A DNA stretch of 64,000 nt from Alkalispirochaeta sp. (lineage in GTDB: Bacteria > Spirochaetota > Spirochaetia > DSM-27196 > Alkalispirochaetaceae), in contig OZ271854.1 of assembly GCA_965601925.1 (NCBI GenBank), positions 160,001-224,000 on the forward strand. Direction: 5' to 3'. The notes beneath the pieces are model-generated. The model searched no databases and was not told the DNA's origin. It saw only the letters and a list, made by a program, of their open reading frames with translations. A program made the translations under genes and the position numbers. Shown here in pieces: positions 60,744 to 64,000 of the stretch (position 1 is the stretch's first letter; every line of letters starts with the position of its first letter).

Positions 60744-62087
60744 TCATGCACGCGACACCGACACCGACTCCGCATCGCGCTCTCGCGGCGGCTGTCGAAG
60801 CCTGATACCGAGAATCGCGACGCCCAGAAAGGCGATTCCGGAGATCGCGAATGCCGTCGCGCCTACCGACTCGTACAACACGCCGCCGGCGACGAGACCG
60901 ATGAGGCTTGCCGCACTACCCGCCGACGTGCCGTATCCCTGCACCTCTCCCTGGTGCTCGGCCGAGACCAGAGACGAAAGCATCGCGAGAAACGACGGCC
61001 ACATCACGCCGTTCCCGACGGCAAACAGCACAGCCGCGGCAAAGGCCCAACGCCCGTCGGCAAAAATCAATATGACGAAGCACAGCGCCAATACCGCGCT
61101 CCCGCCGGTGACGCGTCCCACCTCCGACACACGAGTGCTCAGGAAGCGCAACACCGGACCCTGCACGGCGAGCATCACGAAGCTTAACGTCGAATAAAAG
61201 ACGCCTAACTCCGCGGTAGTCCAGCCGTACATGCGTAAGGCGTGTACCGGAAAGACGGCATAGAAGATGTTAAATCCCAGAAACAACACAAAGTAGAGCA
61301 CCAAAAAGAGCGCGACGTTGGGGAGGCGGAGCACCACCCGCAGACCGCGCTCCGCGGCCGTCGAAAGACCGTTGGCGTGCATGTCGTCCGTCGAGGTCGT
61401 CGCCGCATGCGGGCAATGGCGAACGATCTTCTCCGAGCAGTCCGCCGGCCGCCGCGGTGGTGTGGCGGACCGCCTGGGCGACGGCGGTGGAAGGAACGCA
61501 ACGATTAATACCAGACCGACGATCGCGATCGAGAAGGCGGCGATGACCGGGAGGCGCACGCCTAGAGCGGTGGCCCCCAGAATGCCCGAAAGCGTCGGGC
61601 CGAGGATGAATCCCAGATTGGACGAGATTCCCATGAGTCCGAAGTTTCGACCGCGCGTATCGGCGGTGGATATGTCGGCCAGCAGGGCGTTTGCCACCGA
61701 GACGTTGCCGCCGGTCAGCCCGTCCAGGGCGCGTGCTGCAAACAGAACGACCAACGGTACCGTTACGCCGACGGCGCCGAGCCACGACGAATCGACGCTA
61801 AATAGTGACACGGTCGGCACCACCAAGGCGATGTAGAAGACGATCCACGCCGCTGCGGTGCCGGCTTGACTGAGAAGCAGAACCGGTCGACGTCCCAGGC
61901 GGTCCGACCAACGTCCCAGAACGGGAGAGCCGATAAGTTGAAAGGCGGGGTAGGCGGCGGCCATCAAGCCGTAGACGACACCGTTGCCTCCGAACTCCTC
62001 GACGAGCACGACCAAAAAGGGCATCACCAGGCTCAGGCCGAGGGCGCCGACAAAGTTGACCGCCAGTAGGGGTAGTATGCTCTTCAT
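60744..62087 (-). CDS. MFS transporter (TetA/DHA1-like)
   Basis: G.WSDRLGRRPVL, RALDGLTGGN, GFILGP; start ATG 62087 after GAGGAGG. Confidence 0.9.
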   Translation of the reverse strand: MKSILPLLAVNFVGALGLSLVMPFLVVLVEEFGGNGVVYGLMAAAYPAFQLIGSPVLGRWSDRLGRRPVLLLSQAGTAAAWIVFYIALVVPTVSLFSVDSSWLGAVGVTVPLVVLFAARALDGLTGGNVSVANALLADISTADTRGRNFGLMGISSNLGFILGPTLSGILGATALGVRLPVIAAFSIAIVGLVLIVAFLPPPSPRRSATPPRRPADCSEKIVRHCPHAATTSTDDMHANGLSTAAERGLRVVLRLPNVALFLVLYFVLFLGFNIFYAVFPVHALRMYGWTTAELGVFYSTLSFVMLAVQGPVLRFLSTRVSEVGRVTGGSAVLALCFVILIFADGRWAFAAAVLFAVGNGVMWPSFLAMLSSLVSAEHQGEVQGYGTSAGSAASLIGLVAGGVLYESVGATAFAISGIAFLGVAILGIRLRQPPRERDAESVSVSRA

Positions 62088-62423
62088 CGTATCCTCCTCG
62101 CCGACGGATCGCTCCGATACCGGTCGCCGACGACCGGCCATACCTTACCAAAAAAGTCGGATATTGCGAAGGTAGTGAAGAGGCGAACGGTACTGCGGTG
62201 ATTTGGGGCTGATCTGCACGTCGCCGACCACCGCGCCTTGGCGACGCGCACGCTGCATGTGCAATCGGTGAAAGCTCGGCGAAGAGACGGCGGTACACAT
62301 CACGCGCGAACCGTCAACAGAGCAACCGCGGATTGGGGCCAGGGCCCAAAAGAGACCGGTCCGCAATGCGGGCCTTCGCACCGCCGTATCAAGGTGCGCG
62401 TGTCGACGCGGTCCGTCGTCTCG

Positions 62424-63590
62424 CTAAATCGCGACGTCCTCGGTGTAGTCCACGCCGTCGAACGCAAACCCGTGAATCTGCAGAAACTCGCGCTGAAACC
62501 CCTCGACGTCGGCAAGTGCGCTCAGATTCTCCTGGGTGACCTCGTCCCACAGCCGACCGACCTCGCGCTGTACGTCCTCGCGCATCTCCCAGTCGTCCAT
62601 ACGAATGCGCAGCTCATCGTCGAGACTCGGTGCGGAGCCGCCGTACAGTTGCGTAGTGAAGAGGCGATACATCTGCTCGATCGTTCCCTCGTGAAGCCCC
62701 TTTTCCTTCATTACCTTGTACAAGATGGCCAAATAGAGCGGTACCGCGGCGATGACCGAACTCGCCTTGGTCACCAGCGCCTTGTTGATGCTGACCCAGG
62801 CGTGACCGCCCCGTTCGCGCAATCGCTCGTCCATCGCGCGCGCGGTCGCCTCCAGATGCTCCTTCGCACGACCGATCGTCCCGTCCCGATAGAGCGGAAA
62901 GGTTACTTCGGGGCCGATATAGGAATACGCGACGGTCGTTGCCGACGGAGCCAGGACACCGGCCTCGTCGAGAGCGTTGATCCACAGCTCCCAGTCCTCG
63001 CCGCCCATCACCTTGACCGTCTGCGCAATCTCGTCGTCGGACGCCCCCTCGGCGGCGGTGGGCTTTAGCTGCGCAGTCTTGCCGTCGAGCGTCATCGCTT
63101 CGTAGCGTCGACCGATCGGTTTGAGGGTCGAACGATACATCTCACCGGTATCGGGATCGACGCGCACGGGCGAGGCGAGGCTGTAAACGACCAGATCGAC
63201 CGTTCCCATCGTCTCTTTGATTGCTTGAATAGTCTGCGCCTTCGTCTCGTGGGCAAAGGCGTCGGCGATGATGCTTCGATGCGTCAATCCGGCCTCATCG
63301 GCGTATTTCCGAAACGCAAGATCTTGGTACCATCCGGCCGTCGCGGTTCGCCGCCCCTTTGCGGGGGTTTCGTAGGATACGCCGATCGTAGCGGCACCGG
63401 AGCCGAAAGCGGCTACGATCCTTGATGCGAGCCCGTACCCCCCCGAGGCACCGATGACCAGTACGTTACGAGGTCCGGAGAAGGTTCCGTGACCGCGGAC
63501 GTATTCGATCTGCTCTTTTACGTTCCTATCGCATCCCACCGGGTGGGCGTTCATACAGATGTTGTTTCGGATCATCGGCTCGACTACCAT
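62424..63590 (-). CDS. fabV: Trans-2-enoyl-CoA / enoyl-ACP reductase FabV
   Basis: AHP.GC, GASGGYGLA, YSLASP.R, T.KVMGGEDW, YSYIGP...Y..GTIG.AK, DDWE; start ATG 63590 after GAGGAGG. Confidence 0.95.
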   Translation of the reverse strand: MVVEPMIRNNICMNAHPVGCDRNVKEQIEYVRGHGTFSGPRNVLVIGASGGYGLASRIVAAFGSGAATIGVSYETPAKGRRTATAGWYQDLAFRKYADEAGLTHRSIIADAFAHETKAQTIQAIKETMGTVDLVVYSLASPVRVDPDTGEMYRSTLKPIGRRYEAMTLDGKTAQLKPTAAEGASDDEIAQTVKVMGGEDWELWINALDEAGVLAPSATTVAYSYIGPEVTFPLYRDGTIGRAKEHLEATARAMDERLRERGGHAWVSINKALVTKASSVIAAVPLYLAILYKVMKEKGLHEGTIEQMYRLFTTQLYGGSAPSLDDELRIRMDDWEMREDVQREVGRLWDEVTQENLSALADVEGFQREFLQIHGFAFDGVDYTEDVAI

Positions 63591-63698
63591 ATCTTCCTCC
63601 TCGGTCTGAGACCGACAAAATAGCACAACGGCGGATCATATGACCACCGTATGTAACGCGAAACCCGGATTGTCGCGGGGCGCGCCGTATACTATCGT

Positions 63699-64000
63699 GT
63701 GAGCGTGCAAGACATCAGAGAGTTCCAGCAAGCGATTGCCGCGCGGTTGTTGAAGTGGAGCGTTCCGTCGATGGTGGTCGGTGGCCTCTGCCTTTTCGCC
63801 CCGTGGCCGGCGGTGCAAGGCTTCGGCCTCCAGGCGCTCATCTGGGGTGCGATCGACAGCCTTATCGCGGTAACGGTGCTTCATACGGTGTATCGTCGAT
63901 CCGGACGGTATCCTGACGAACATCGCGACATAGCCGAAACCGCGCGAGTCCGCCGCCTGCTTCGCATAAACGGCCGACTCGACATTGTATATGTGCTCGG
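63699..64000 (+). CDS. Membrane protein (DUF6992-like), partial at the right edge
   Basis: Manual translation MSVQDIREFQQAIAARLLKWS...FGLQALIWGAIDSLIA...RRLLRINGRLDIVYVL; open to the window end; not in the ORF track. Confidence 0.7.
   Translation, partial: MSVQDIREFQQAIAARLLKWSVPSMVVGGLCLFAPWPAVQGFGLQALIWGAIDSLIAVTVLHTVYRRSGRYPDEHRDIAETARVRRLLRINGRLDIVYVL

Noticed and set aside
62088..62423. Riboswitch upstream of the MFS gene
   Set aside because: GC-rich hairpins are present but no recognisable aptamer consensus; an Rfam search would be needed
63636..63923. Minus-strand 95-aa ORF
   Set aside because: The plus-strand frame from 63699 encodes a far more protein-like membrane sequence with an upstream -10 box

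Overview
High-GC bacterial chromosome segment, most consistent with a free-living Spirochaetaceae member. This is inferred from spirochaete-type ParE/ParC, a DUF6657-like protein, a TPR-fused small alarmone synthetase, FabV and a degenerate McsB. Most of the window is housekeeping or accessory metabolism: mutM, parC, parE, eda, trkAH, ychF, radC, mcsAB-clpC, a lolCDE-like ABC system, ftsY, prfB with its +1 frameshift, psuKG, rpsD, a DEAD helicase and fabV. The standout is the left end (1-5523, minus strand, running off the edge). It is an intact myophage-type contractile tail operon: terminator, DUF3383-type sheath, DUF3277-type tube, chaperone with an in-frame -1 slippery site, short tape measure, Dit-like protein and baseplate plug. 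It starts at its own AT-rich promoter directly after mutM, with no capsid, portal, terminase, head-tail adaptor or integrase upstream, so it is a candidate domesticated tailocin-like particle in a spirochaete. Other points of interest are a recurrent leaderless-promoter signature, an uncharacterised beta-barrel/FecR/lipoprotein envelope cluster between parE and parC, an McsB lacking catalytic motifs, a lipoprotein GH14 beta-amylase with a perfect LacI-type palindrome, and an unannotated frameshifted pseudogene. No rRNA, tRNA, CRISPR array or IS element was recognised. All family assignments come from motif recognition by eye, not database searches.
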